Shown: positions 46,501 through 56,197 of the stretch, piece after piece
Position numbering within the stretch: position 1 is the first letter of the stretch
How the letters are laid out: every line of letters starts with the position of its first letter
Source: a virus
Direction: 5' to 3' (one strand)
Virus record (IMG/VR): IMGVR_UViG_3300042868_004707
Location: 1 to 64,000 of that record
Length of the DNA: 64,000 bases
The notes under the pieces: generated by a model
What the model was told of the DNA's origin: nothing
What the model saw: the letters and a program-made list of their open reading frames with translations, nothing else
The model's database searches: none
Translations under genes and position numbers: made by a program

Positions 46501-46795
46501 AAGCATTAATTGTAGATACACTATTGTCAACTTGTGGACCATTAAACATTCCAGCATTTACACCAACAGATTGTGTTTGTCCTTGCATCATGTTCTGCAT
46601 GTTAGGAAGATTATTCATTCCTTGCATTCCTTGCAAATAAGAACTCATACCTGACATCACTGCTCCTTGTTGTGCTTTCTTTATCATCTTCTTAGCTTCT
46701 GGATGAGCTTTGAAAAAACTTTTTTCATCTGGGTATTTAGCGTAAAACTGTTTATCTGTTTTAACACCTGCTAGTTTTAAGAATTCTGCTTTCAT
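43532..46795 (-). CDS. crAss-like cargo protein (C1-like) with Gly-rich membrane segments
   Basis: GKSHDE..G..GI...VEVERGE motif, GGTIGGLAGTAIGGPLGGAIG segment, Gln/Ala coiled coil, many xxxGG motifs. Confidence 0.7.
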   Translation of the reverse strand: MKAEFLKLAGVKTDKQFYAKYPDEKSFFKAHPEAKKMIKKAQQGAVMSGMSSYLQGMQGMNNLPNMQNMMQGQTQSVGVNAGMFNGPQVDNSVSTINASTLADDKSGYASPGGPNTNVGKMNNIGNQVSKFAGPAGELISGYQNLRAGRRAKKEAQKWANVTDVQARAAESTDVDDLRQYTENARKKANAMMPEMTGEEFFPVYGVGTNVLARNGARLQEGGMVGGNPTEIQNTYEGGNDIYSDLEYEPLYNVNQVKSYRMGGYLPKAQGGAEMFDPSSMMSSMGGASGGGTPWGAIGGMGSSLAGNMTGNDGGGQIGGTIGGLAGTAIGGPLGGAIGQTVGTFAGGLLDTNDRDQRKAEARTKNNMNRIMASQFKDSVHSQYGSYMRNGGYMNPEYNPQVITMFGDVNDQDFADFAHKDEFRAGGHLKAYREPSERAMQTYAMGGELQTHWGGYAEPMSENPYLPGSGETVMFRGKSHDESDGKGNTGIGITYGDNPVEVERGEPAVKLKDGSSGEESLVVYGNLKIPNQYIDLLGDPKAKGKKFKNYIADLSKTEAKQNKLIEKSTNELNSLDVKNSFDRLKLSALEANIQGGNMKLKSIADKKIKAADLQNAINDTAEEYGLVADDLARGKATVDKKAMKEQAKFGTSIPKAQDGYKTKGRGDKWSFTKAGQTGNPMWDDMQRYENEWAPSVNTALSDKDRAEKMLTYIESYGGEGSTNIKKALNKIPTKEGKIMFLQQQATNKEVGPIHNVVDAAIKYTSPQMTSPLKEEPKASPKEEDKFEIIKHKKNPWITAFNEVLPYIRPTDQEELDPQQLMGEMYAMSSNQLEPVQATPYTPQLRVPYDISLQDQLNEITADQRSAQRMMGYNPAAQANLAAQTYGAKSKVLADQFRANQAMKDQVYSGNINTLNDAELKNLAIYDQQYTRQEQAKSNTKATAQAALNSIADKYAKNKLENRTLGVYENLYNYRYDKSGRAVNMNPLAQFNVDQKYPQYNDPNYRLVQNADGTYSYKKVSGKEEVATKAPSMSTPGINPNSNMSYEDNEYEMIPANNTEVMNEVAPKNKYGGKTKKNYSQSSIVKAFK

Positions 46796-46799
46796 AATA

Positions 46800-48305
46800 T
46801 TATTGGTATTTGTCCATCCAGCCTCCTGGTTGTTTTGTATTATAGTTTGTAAAATTAGTTAATTGGTTTAGTTTTACCAACTCTTTTCCATCTTTTGCTA
46901 ATGGATATTTTTTATCTTCAAAGTTTTCAATTGAATCTTGATTTTCAGAAATAGTATTTAGTAAATGAATCATTTGAGTTTCATCATATATCGAATTTAA
47001 ATCTAAAGCTTCTTGTGGTAAAATATCTTTGTTGTTAAACAATTCTTTAAATTTATTTTTATCTATTTTTTCAGTAAAAGGGTCATATATTTTATTTTCT
47101 TTTGCAAATTTTCTAATAACATTAAGTCTAGCTCTTGTTTCAGTTGGAGTAGTAAAATATTTAATTTTTTCATCACTCATTAAATTTAAATTTTTTACAT
47201 TAGCTTTACTTTTTGAGTCTAATCTTTTATACATTGCTGTATCTTTATATGAAGCAGGTGTATATTTTTTAATAAGCTCAATATCATCTGATGGAATTAA
47301 TCTATCTGACGAATTATAAAAAAATCCAGGAATTGAAGCATCTGTAGCATGTGAGATTTCATGTGGTATGGTTCCAGAATACTCATAAGGCATTGTAGAT
47401 TTATAAAAATTTAAAACTCCAGTATTAGGATTTGCATGAGCACTTTCTCCTTTAGTACCATATTCTTCATTAGGTCTTCTTATTAATGTTTTTTTATTTT
47501 TAATTAGTGTTTGTAACTGTTTGTTTCTATCTTCTTCATATCCATAATCAAACCAATCACTTTTTGTAGAATTTTTCAACATTTGTTTGTACATAGGAGA
47601 AGCTTGCCAATTTTTAAAATATTCTAAACTTTTATCAACTTCATTATTAAAATTAGCATTATCTACTTTATTTCCATCTTGAGCAATAGGAAACTCTGTC
47701 ACCTTCTTTCCTTTGAATTTATATTCTTCTTCTGGATACATCATCTGTGTATCACCTGTATCTGATATACCAAGAACAGGATAAGGTACACCTTGCATTG
47801 TTATGTATGGAGAATCTATTTCTGTTATCTCTCCTGGATGAGCCCATTGTCCTCTGTCATCTTTAATAACTTTTCCACTCTTAGCACTAGCCATTGTTTT
47901 CTTTGCATAAGGACCATTGCTTGGAGCAGGATTGTTTGTACGTGCATATGAGAAACCTACAGCTCCTGGAATAGAACCACCCATTTGTGCTTGAGGAACA
48001 TAGTTAACTGGATATACAGATCCACCCATTTGAAACTGCCCTCCCCATGCAGGAGAATAATCTCTACCTTTGGTATCATATCCTTCACCTACATATCCTT
48101 CTGGTAAAGAAACAGAATTATCATTATAGTTCTCTTGGTGTTCTTGCATAGATCCACCATCAGCATAGCTATCTAACCAACCACCATTTTTCATGTTGTT
48201 AGAATTATCTCTACCACACTCATGACATACATACATGTCTTTCTTACTAGAATCAGATTTGTTCCAGCTCCATCCGCATGTACATTTTACTTTACTACTA
48301 CTCAT
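46800..48305 (-). CDS. putative virion cargo protein with inserted zincin metallopeptidase domain
   Basis: N-terminal CTCG...CHECG, ITMQGVPYPVLG, HEISH followed by PTETRAR. Confidence 0.7.
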   Translation of the reverse strand: MSSSKVKCTCGWSWNKSDSSKKDMYVCHECGRDNSNNMKNGGWLDSYADGGSMQEHQENYNDNSVSLPEGYVGEGYDTKGRDYSPAWGGQFQMGGSVYPVNYVPQAQMGGSIPGAVGFSYARTNNPAPSNGPYAKKTMASAKSGKVIKDDRGQWAHPGEITEIDSPYITMQGVPYPVLGISDTGDTQMMYPEEEYKFKGKKVTEFPIAQDGNKVDNANFNNEVDKSLEYFKNWQASPMYKQMLKNSTKSDWFDYGYEEDRNKQLQTLIKNKKTLIRRPNEEYGTKGESAHANPNTGVLNFYKSTMPYEYSGTIPHEISHATDASIPGFFYNSSDRLIPSDDIELIKKYTPASYKDTAMYKRLDSKSKANVKNLNLMSDEKIKYFTTPTETRARLNVIRKFAKENKIYDPFTEKIDKNKFKELFNNKDILPQEALDLNSIYDETQMIHLLNTISENQDSIENFEDKKYPLAKDGKELVKLNQLTNFTNYNTKQPGGWMDKYQ

Positions 48306-48964
48306 TCTTTTTTATTTTTATAAGTGAATGATTTTTCTACACTCCAATTATTTAATCTTGCTAATAATCTTTTATAAGGAATGTTTAATTCATCTGACCA
48401 TTCACTTACAGTTTTAGTAATACCATCATATTCAATATATCTACTTCTCCTGGTATTATTCATATTTTGTTTTCTAGTAATCCATCTACAATTATCTGGT
48501 TCATAATTACCATTAACATTAATTCTATCTAATTCTAAACCTTCTTTATATGTTGAATACATATCTGATAAAAAATTATTAATATCTTTCCATCTATCAC
48601 AAACAGTAATCCCTCTTCCACCATAATTATAATAACCAAAATCATTAGGGTCATTACATCTTCTAATCATTGCTGCCCAAGTTTTATACAAACGATGTTT
48701 TCTATATCCATGAATTTTATTTTTAAATCCTTGTTGTTGTATTTTATTATCTCTCAAACATCCACAAGATTTAGTATTACCATTTTTAACTGCTAATATT
48801 ATACAGTCAAATTTTTTTCCACAATTACATTGAAAGGTAGCACATCTTTTAGTTGTTTTACTTTTATTAGTTTTTGTTACTTCAAATACTATTGGACTTG
48901 TTTCTTTTATAAATATACAAGTCCCTATTATATCTCCTTTTTTATATTCTACTTTCTGTCTCAT
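48302..48964 (-). CDS. free-standing HNH-type homing endonuclease
   Basis: KSCGC, MIRRC, YGGRGITVCDRW, LDRINVNGNYEPDNCRW; paralogue of 4722-5327. Confidence 0.85.
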   Translation of the reverse strand: MRQKVEYKKGDIIGTCIFIKETSPIVFEVTKTNKSKTTKRCATFQCNCGKKFDCIILAVKNGNTKSCGCLRDNKIQQQGFKNKIHGYRKHRLYKTWAAMIRRCNDPNDFGYYNYGGRGITVCDRWKDINNFLSDMYSTYKEGLELDRINVNGNYEPDNCRWITRKQNMNNTRRSRYIEYDGITKTVSEWSDELNIPYKRLLARLNNWSVEKSFTYKNKKE

Positions 48965-48987
48965 CTTATTATTTATTAATTAAGATA

Positions 48988-48995
48988 TAAAGATA
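48988..48995 (-). promoter_or_regulatory. -7 box variant upstream of HNH gene
   Basis: TATCTTTA on the - strand. Confidence 0.4.
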
Positions 48996-49020
48996 AGACT
49001 ATCATTTGATAATTCCTAAT

Positions 49021-49887
49021 TTATTTGTAACTAATTTGACTAGGAGTTATCAAAAATTGTGAAACAAGATGAGTAGTACTTGATGAGTCTAAGATGTGAC
49101 GAATCTTCAATTCTTTTGCTCTTAATGTTGCTTTCTTAAAGCTTCTCAATCCGTAGTCCATGTTCTCTTGATTCACTTCTTTATCTATTGACATAGACTC
49201 ACATGATGATCTAAATAATGGAACCTGAGAACTCTTCTCTAAAGCCCAGAATGTATTATACTGATAGAAGTTATCACTCTTTGTATAAGTGATTGTTTTA
49301 CTGTCTGTATTGTATATTGGATATTGTCCATATGCTTGTAAGTTATGAAGTGGTTTTGCAACAAGATTTAATATTCCAGAACTCTGTTGTCCATTATATA
49401 GAATAGCTTTATTAAACCATTTGTCGTTTGTTTCAATTTTTAAATTACTATCATATGCTTCATATGGATTTCTTATGTATTCATACGCTTTTGTATAGTC
49501 TTTTACGTTCTGTAATATCTCATCTTGGAATTGATAAGCAAATGGATATTCTATTACGTATGGTTTTATACTTCCATAAAAATAATTATAGATTTGCGTG
49601 TTGGTTAAATGTTTCCACAAACAAGCAGTTTTAGTTTGCTTATATCCACTCTTAGAATATTCTAAATAAGGAATTTCTCTTAATTGAAAGGTTTTTTCAA
49701 ACCCACATTCTCCATTTGATACTAGTCTTACATTTGTCACTTTATTATCTACTAGATATGTCCTACCTTTAATTAACTGTTTTCTACTTACATTTTCATC
49801 TAGTAGATTATTATAATTATCGTAAACACTGAAAGGTCCTGTATTAGGACCTGTCTGTGTTATCTTTATTGTAATTTCTCTTTTCAT
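49021..49887 (-). CDS. C-terminal part of tail stabilisation (muzzle) protein with extra small N-terminal domain
   Basis: Start at ATG 49887, overlapping the upstream TAA; LWKH...YFYG..PYVIEY...FNKAILYNGQQSSGILNL. Confidence 0.65.
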   Translation of the reverse strand: MKREITIKITQTGPNTGPFSVYDNYNNLLDENVSRKQLIKGRTYLVDNKVTNVRLVSNGECGFEKTFQLREIPYLEYSKSGYKQTKTACLWKHLTNTQIYNYFYGSIKPYVIEYPFAYQFQDEILQNVKDYTKAYEYIRNPYEAYDSNLKIETNDKWFNKAILYNGQQSSGILNLVAKPLHNLQAYGQYPIYNTDSKTITYTKSDNFYQYNTFWALEKSSQVPLFRSSCESMSIDKEVNQENMDYGLRSFKKATLRAKELKIRHILDSSSTTHLVSQFLITPSQISYK

Positions 49888-52800
49888 TATATAGTAGTGG
49901 TTGTTGTTGTGGTTGGACAATCTATAACTTCTGTACAAGGATCCCCACAAGCTTGAATAAATATATATCCATCAGAATCTGTTTCAAATGATATAGATTC
50001 GTATTGTGCACATAACGTTACAAATGTATCTGAATATTCATCATAATGAGTGACATTTGATCCATCTGTCCAGATTAAAACTACGCTACCATAAATAGTT
50101 ACATTGTAACAATATGTATCAGGAACAAATGTTGTAGTGGTAGTTGTTGTACCACAATTATAAATTCCTACAATCACTCCTGATTCCACTTGATAAACAG
50201 TGGTATCAAACGCACTTTCTTCTGTAAAATAAAAACCATCAGGAACTAATGTACAATCTGTAGAATATGCATCAAGATAAACAATTTGTCCTATTTCTAA
50301 TTCATTATATGCTACAGATATTGTTTCTATATTTATGTAAGACCAATCTTCATTTGTATTCAAATACTCTATTCCTAAACAAGCATCTTCAAAACTTCCT
50401 GTTGTATCTAATATATTTGTATCACAACTTTCAGAATATCCTGTTATAAATAAATTATCACTGGAAAGATTACCTCTTTGACATATTGTAGTGGTAGTTG
50501 TAGGAGGAACAGTTATTATAGCATCTCCTTCAAGATTACAATATGTTTCAATAATTGTTCCTTCTAATTCACAATCTAATGCTAATGTACTAGTTGTTGT
50601 TGTAGTAGGTAAAGGTATAGGTGCAGCACTTGTAGTGGAGGTTGTTGTTGGTTTAGTTCTATTTATCTCTCCTACTAAAGCAGTAAATGTAGCTTCTCCA
50701 TTTACAGAATCACAACATCCATTAAGTCCTGTATAAAAGAAATTATTTTCTGCTATGTAAAAATTAGGAACATAGCTATGGAAAGAAACCCAAGATTTTG
50801 TATTAAAATTAAATGATATTGTAAATGATCTGTTACAAAAAAATTCAGCATCATCTAAATAAACTACATCTCTAAAAACAACATCATTAATTATGTTTTC
50901 AACATAAAATTCTTTATTAACTTCGTCATATTTAATATCTTCATCTAAAGGCACATAATCTAATTTTGTAATTATCACTCTATCAAATTTAGCATCAAAC
51001 ACTCCATGTAAACCTATTCCATTAAAATTGTTATCAGTGTCTACATTTGGAAAATATTTTAATATTTTAAATGGTAAATTGTCTGTCATAAATCTATTTA
51101 CACCAGAACCAAATGCTGTCATATCTACAGCTTCTGTTCCTTGTATAAGAAATATTTGCCCACGTTTAGCATCAATGGTTATTTGTCCTTGTGGAATCTT
51201 TAATAAAAACTTATTCTGTGTCCCTACATATCCAAGATCTGTTTCAGCAAAATCAATAGGAGGTGCACTAAACATGTTAGGGTTACCTACATATGCTGCT
51301 TGTGGATTACTTGTATCAATAGTTAATAAGTTATTATACATTAATGATTTGTTTTCAAACCTAGCAAGGATTGCTCTGTTTTGAATACCATCTAATGATA
51401 TAAGATTTCCATAGTTTTGTGGAAAATCATAAAAAGAAAGAGCTCTGTATATTAACCAGTTATTCACTTTATTATCTGCATCTGTAAATTGCTTTTCAGA
51501 ATAAATAGTTCTAAAAGGATAATACGTAGAACAGATTGCATTCCAATCAATAGGAAGATTCGTAAATGAATTTTCTTTATTTTGTTTTGAGAAAGTTACA
51601 TTATAATAATATGTATTATCTTGCTCAATAGGAACAAATGATTGTTGCACCCATGCATCAGGAATACTTGTAGATACATGTGGCCAGAAATCACCTTCTC
51701 TATTATTGAATGCTTGTCTAAGATCTAAATTATAAGAACTCTCACAATAGAAATTAGGAACACCATATGCAAACATATAAAAATATCCATCATAATAAGT
51801 TAACTCACTAGGTGAATTAATACTAGTGTATTGTGTTGTATCATTAGGACAATCAAAATTATGAGCTTTATATGAAATAAAGTTTACTAATTGTTGGTTT
51901 GCAGCTGTTGCATTACGTAATACACTTCTTGCAGAATGCCAGTATTTTGGATATGCAATGTTTCCAATTGCATCATAAAACACATCTGAATCATCAGGAG
52001 CATTCACTCTATTTTGTAAAAAGAAAGGAAGTTTTGTTTTAAATGCAAATTTACCAATGAATGTATCTCCTCCAAATATAGTGGATTCTGTAGGAGTAAA
52101 TTGTGAAAATATCACTTGAAACCCTGTATCCACTTTTTCATATGAATATATTTGACCCCATTGTCCAGGAACAATATTTTTAATTGATCCATAATATGAA
52201 ACAACATTAATATCTTGTTCTCTTTGTGGAGTGGCACAAGCATTAGTTCCTCCAATTGTAAATCTAGAATTATCTTCAATTAAAGAATTCCCTAAGTAAA
52301 CTAATGAATCTGTTTTACTAGGAAAAGGAAGACTATCATCTGTTTTTAAATAGACAGAAGTTTCTCTATTGTAATTATTAATATTATTATCATCACCAAC
52401 GTTTTGTAATCCAGGAATTAAATATCTTTTTATATCAAGATTTCTTTGTTTGATTCCTAAATTATTGTATACAGGAGAATGATAACTGTAACTAGCTATA
52501 GAATTAAATGAGTATGCATAGTTTTTTCTAGTTATACCATTAATGTATATTTCTAAATAAGCTTGATAAGCTGCAAACAATGCAACAATATCTCCTCCAG
52601 CAATGTTTGAAGAACTTTGTAATGCAACTTGTTGAGCTTCTTTACTTAATAATCTATACTTAGCATTGTCTCTCACTTCAACAAAGTGAGCTCTACCACC
52701 ACCATACATTACATTCTCAAGCTTTAGTACATCACCTAAGAAAGGTTGTCCAAAAGATGTTTCTGGAGAATTAAATATTTGTCTGTTTGTAAGAGATTCT

Positions 52801-55211
52801 GATAATGGAGCTAGAGGTTCTTCTTCTTTACAACCTGGATCTCTTACTTCAGAATCTTTTGAAAAGTTTTTTCTTTTTCCTCTACCTAATGTAGGAAAAG
52901 TTCCAACTCTTACATATATTTTAAGATTATGACCAGAACCTATCCAAGGACTTTCTATAGGTCCTTCTACAGCATCATCAAAATATACAGTTATACCAGC
53001 TCTACCATTTTCAGCTCCAACAGTCCAAATATCATAATTTGCATATCTAGAATAAGCTACACATTTTTTATTATCTGGAACATATCCTGGAATTCCTGGT
53101 GTAATTTGATAAGAAGCATATCCATAAGCTACAGGACCAGAATTCCATCTTACTTGTTCCACTTTATTAAATACACCTTCTCCTAAGAATGTAGGTTTTA
53201 TAATTGAACAAATTTTTAAAGGATTGTTTTCAAGATGAAGTTCATATATTTTTCTTATTATTTCTTTGTTTGTATTACAATCAGTATATCTAACTGCTGT
53301 ATATGGACCTAATTCATCTTCATTATTAAAACTACGAACAATGATATCAAAAGATTCACATGACTCAAAATATGCATTATTATTAGCATTTAAAAATGCA
53401 TCTTCACTAAGATCATTATATGGATAGTTTGGATAGTAATATGTTTCTTCTTCTTTAACATAGCTTCCTACATTACGAAGAATACCTTTAGCAACAATAG
53501 ATCTATTTGTACTTCTATCACCACGAACAATTTTATATCCTACAATATCATCTTTCTCTTCATTTGTTAAATTAGACTCTCTGATTAATTGTATAACCTG
53601 TTCGTTGTTAATTTTTATACCAATAGGATAAATTGCACTAGATTGTTGCATTTCCACTTGATATCTATCTGAAACAATTACAGGAACAGAAGATTCAAAT
53701 GAAGGACTAATTAATATATCAGGAAACTTATGATGTCTAATTTGTTGATTAGCTAAGTCTCCCCAAACTTCTACATTACAAGGATAAGTTTCTGTAGATT
53801 CCCAATAAGCAAATTGACCAAATTGATATGGTCCTTTATAACTAGGCTCATCAGAGAATTGTGGAGATATTCCTATTACAGAAGCTGTATTATATATTTT
53901 CCAATAAGGAGCAGAAGTTCCTTCTCCTATAAAATCAGGATTGGTGTTTGGAACATCTGGTTGACTTACTATCTCATTGTTTGTTTGTTTTCTACCTGGA
54001 ATATGAAAACCATCTGTTTGTTTTCCATTTCTTAATAAGAATACAATCTCAAGTGCATACACTTCATCACGCAAGTACCCACGTAAGTTTGTTGCATTCA
54101 CTTCATCTGCATAACTTTCTGTAGAAGGTATTCTCCAACTTTCCCATTGAAGAGTTATTTGATTAGCTATTTTTTGATAATTCACTCTATCTATTGTAGA
54201 TAGTTTATCCCAAACTAAAACATCTTGCACTGCAGTTAAATCTCCTGCTACATCATAGTATGGAAACTTTTCAAATATATCATTTATAGAAAGTCTTATA
54301 TCAGTTTTACTTTGTCCTGTATAAGTTATTTGTTGTGTAAAATTATCTATGAAGTATGTTCCAACAAGTTCAACTGATGATATACCATTAATTGTTTTTA
54401 TTACAGCTAAGTTATAATATTGATACTTTCCTGTTGTATCTAAATTAGTTATATCAATAACTATTGACTTTCCTACAGGATAGTTAAAATTTACTGTAGT
54501 GAAGTCTGGATCTGCAATAGGTGTAGGATTTGTTATAGAATAGAAAGAAGTGTATGGACTACCTTGTGCATCTGTATATTGTATACCAAATTGATAAGTA
54601 CCTGCAATTAAATCTCCTCCTGAAATTACATCTATAATTTCTAATTGAGGAATATTAAAATTAGGTTGTATTTTTAATTTATTACAATCTAATTCATCTA
54701 ATGTAAGTACACTACAAGAATTAGGAATAATCTCTGTTACATAAGGCACATTATCAATGTCCATATATCTTCTAGGATTAAATCCATCTGTCCAATAAAT
54801 CTCTGTAGAGCAGTTTGTTATTCTATGAACAACTTTAGGTATAGGATGGTCAATGTTAAAGTTTAAACAATTAGCATTTACAATTGTTCTGTAAATACAA
54901 TCATTATTAATCATCTGTCCTATTTCACTTTCTCCTGTAGAAGAGTTAGCTAAAAAGAAAATAAACTTGTTTCTTTCTTGTATAAAATGACTTCCAATTA
55001 AGGAATATCCGTTAGGGAAACTAATACATAATTCATTCCCTGGCTCATTCTGGTAGTTTACAGAATTAGCATCAAAGTTTTCAACAGCAGCATTCAATGC
55101 ATATGTAAGTGTGCCTGGTTTAATCTGATTAACAGATTGATCCATGTTCAGTCCTACAGTGGCATTATTATACTCCTGCTTAATGTTTCCTTGTTGTTGT
55201 TCTTCAGCCAT
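49887..55211 (-). CDS. crAss-like tail stabilisation (muzzle) protein, N-terminal part, with Thr-rich C-terminal extension
   Basis: GLNMD, IYWTDGFNPRR, GYLRDEVY, FGGDTFI, YGNLISL, GYVGTQ, FTISFNFNTKSWVSFHSY; lies after the tail tubular gene. Confidence 0.8.
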   Translation of the reverse strand: MAEEQQQGNIKQEYNNATVGLNMDQSVNQIKPGTLTYALNAAVENFDANSVNYQNEPGNELCISFPNGYSLIGSHFIQERNKFIFFLANSSTGESEIGQMINNDCIYRTIVNANCLNFNIDHPIPKVVHRITNCSTEIYWTDGFNPRRYMDIDNVPYVTEIIPNSCSVLTLDELDCNKLKIQPNFNIPQLEIIDVISGGDLIAGTYQFGIQYTDAQGSPYTSFYSITNPTPIADPDFTTVNFNYPVGKSIVIDITNLDTTGKYQYYNLAVIKTINGISSVELVGTYFIDNFTQQITYTGQSKTDIRLSINDIFEKFPYYDVAGDLTAVQDVLVWDKLSTIDRVNYQKIANQITLQWESWRIPSTESYADEVNATNLRGYLRDEVYALEIVFLLRNGKQTDGFHIPGRKQTNNEIVSQPDVPNTNPDFIGEGTSAPYWKIYNTASVIGISPQFSDEPSYKGPYQFGQFAYWESTETYPCNVEVWGDLANQQIRHHKFPDILISPSFESSVPVIVSDRYQVEMQQSSAIYPIGIKINNEQVIQLIRESNLTNEEKDDIVGYKIVRGDRSTNRSIVAKGILRNVGSYVKEEETYYYPNYPYNDLSEDAFLNANNNAYFESCESFDIIVRSFNNEDELGPYTAVRYTDCNTNKEIIRKIYELHLENNPLKICSIIKPTFLGEGVFNKVEQVRWNSGPVAYGYASYQITPGIPGYVPDNKKCVAYSRYANYDIWTVGAENGRAGITVYFDDAVEGPIESPWIGSGHNLKIYVRVGTFPTLGRGKRKNFSKDSEVRDPGCKEEEPLAPLSESLTNRQIFNSPETSFGQPFLGDVLKLENVMYGGGRAHFVEVRDNAKYRLLSKEAQQVALQSSSNIAGGDIVALFAAYQAYLEIYINGITRKNYAYSFNSIASYSYHSPVYNNLGIKQRNLDIKRYLIPGLQNVGDDNNINNYNRETSVYLKTDDSLPFPSKTDSLVYLGNSLIEDNSRFTIGGTNACATPQREQDINVVSYYGSIKNIVPGQWGQIYSYEKVDTGFQVIFSQFTPTESTIFGGDTFIGKFAFKTKLPFFLQNRVNAPDDSDVFYDAIGNIAYPKYWHSARSVLRNATAANQQLVNFISYKAHNFDCPNDTTQYTSINSPSELTYYDGYFYMFAYGVPNFYCESSYNLDLRQAFNNREGDFWPHVSTSIPDAWVQQSFVPIEQDNTYYYNVTFSKQNKENSFTNLPIDWNAICSTYYPFRTIYSEKQFTDADNKVNNWLIYRALSFYDFPQNYGNLISLDGIQNRAILARFENKSLMYNNLLTIDTSNPQAAYVGNPNMFSAPPIDFAETDLGYVGTQNKFLLKIPQGQITIDAKRGQIFLIQGTEAVDMTAFGSGVNRFMTDNLPFKILKYFPNVDTDNNFNGIGLHGVFDAKFDRVIITKLDYVPLDEDIKYDEVNKEFYVENIINDVVFRDVVYLDDAEFFCNRSFTISFNFNTKSWVSFHSYVPNFYIAENNFFYTGLNGCCDSVNGEATFTALVGEINRTKPTTTSTTSAAPIPLPTTTTTSTLALDCELEGTIIETYCNLEGDAIITVPPTTTTTICQRGNLSSDNLFITGYSESCDTNILDTTGSFEDACLGIEYLNTNEDWSYINIETISVAYNELEIGQIVYLDAYSTDCTLVPDGFYFTEESAFDTTVYQVESGVIVGIYNCGTTTTTTTFVPDTYCYNVTIYGSVVLIWTDGSNVTHYDEYSDTFVTLCAQYESISFETDSDGYIFIQACGDPCTEVIDCPTTTTTTTI

Positions 55212-55216
55212 TGTTA

Positions 55217-56191
55217 TTAATTGTTACGTCTTCTACCATATCTATTAGTACGGTTAGGAAGCTCATACATATTAAATCTATTAAGATCGTTTTTAATTCT
55301 TCTTTGTTTCTCCCAAGGAGTTTGTTTCTTCATTTCAATCTCAGCCATGATGTACGCTTCTTCATAAGCTTGTTTGTGATACATCATTTTTTGTTGCAAC
55401 TGATTAAAAGTTTCATCATTAGTTTGATTCGTAAGAGTTTCAAACATTTTAAATTTAATGAATGCTTCTACATATTCTCTAATACGATAATTGTCTGGAA
55501 TCATTTGATTACCTATTTCATCATATTCTGTAGCATAGAATAATAAATGTACAACACCATTTCTAAAATTAGTTACAAACTTATTATCTCTAATATCAAA
55601 ACTATCGTAACTAGCAGCACCAGGAGTGAATTCATGAATAGGAGGAGCTTCAGCATAGAAGTCCCAATTGTTTGTATATTCCACTCCACAGTTTTGTTTT
55701 GCAGATATATTACCAGGTTTAAGTAAATACTGATGAGTAAATCCTCTAGCAACAGTGTTGTTTGTTTTGTATACAGCTTGTACTAATTCTGGCATACATG
55801 TACCATTACATGCAGGATCTTGACAACCTGGTCTATTACAAGGAGTTCCTCCAATAGTTAATGGAGCCACTTGAATAGTGGTTGCACTAGCAGCTTGTGA
55901 ATAAAATGAATTAGCTGATTGATATGGATATCCAGAAACTTCTGTACACATCCAAGCTTCTCTTACAGCATAAAAGTTATCAGGAAGTCTAGCTTGAAAA
56001 TCTTCTACAAACAAGATTTCTTCACTTATTACAAATGTAGTTCTTCCTAACTTCTTTAGAGCTTTGTCTAAGTAAGTAGGAAATAAAAGATCATCTATTG
56101 CACCAGTATCGAAATAACTTTTAAGTTCTTCTTTAACAGTGGCATAAACAGGTTCTGGTGATACGAAATTATATTTATAGTAGTATGACAT
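55217..56191 (-). CDS. crAss-like tail tubular/ring protein
   Basis: Between IHF-like and muzzle genes; ARLPDNF, TNFRNGVVHLLFYA..DE.GNQMIPD. Confidence 0.7.
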   Translation of the reverse strand: MSYYYKYNFVSPEPVYATVKEELKSYFDTGAIDDLLFPTYLDKALKKLGRTTFVISEEILFVEDFQARLPDNFYAVREAWMCTEVSGYPYQSANSFYSQAASATTIQVAPLTIGGTPCNRPGCQDPACNGTCMPELVQAVYKTNNTVARGFTHQYLLKPGNISAKQNCGVEYTNNWDFYAEAPPIHEFTPGAASYDSFDIRDNKFVTNFRNGVVHLLFYATEYDEIGNQMIPDNYRIREYVEAFIKFKMFETLTNQTNDETFNQLQQKMMYHKQAYEEAYIMAEIEMKKQTPWEKQRRIKNDLNRFNMYELPNRTNRYGRRRNN

Positions 56192-56197
56192 AGTTTA

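Noticed and set aside
49888-49950. ORF-track starts at 49950, 57950, 22201 and 10502
   Set aside because: They overlap upstream genes in other frames; ATGs at 49887, 57899, 22078 and 10526 fit the gene junctions better.
23670-54035. Many short + strand ORFs inside the giant - strand genes
   Set aside because: They are fully nested antisense frames with no motifs or expression signals.
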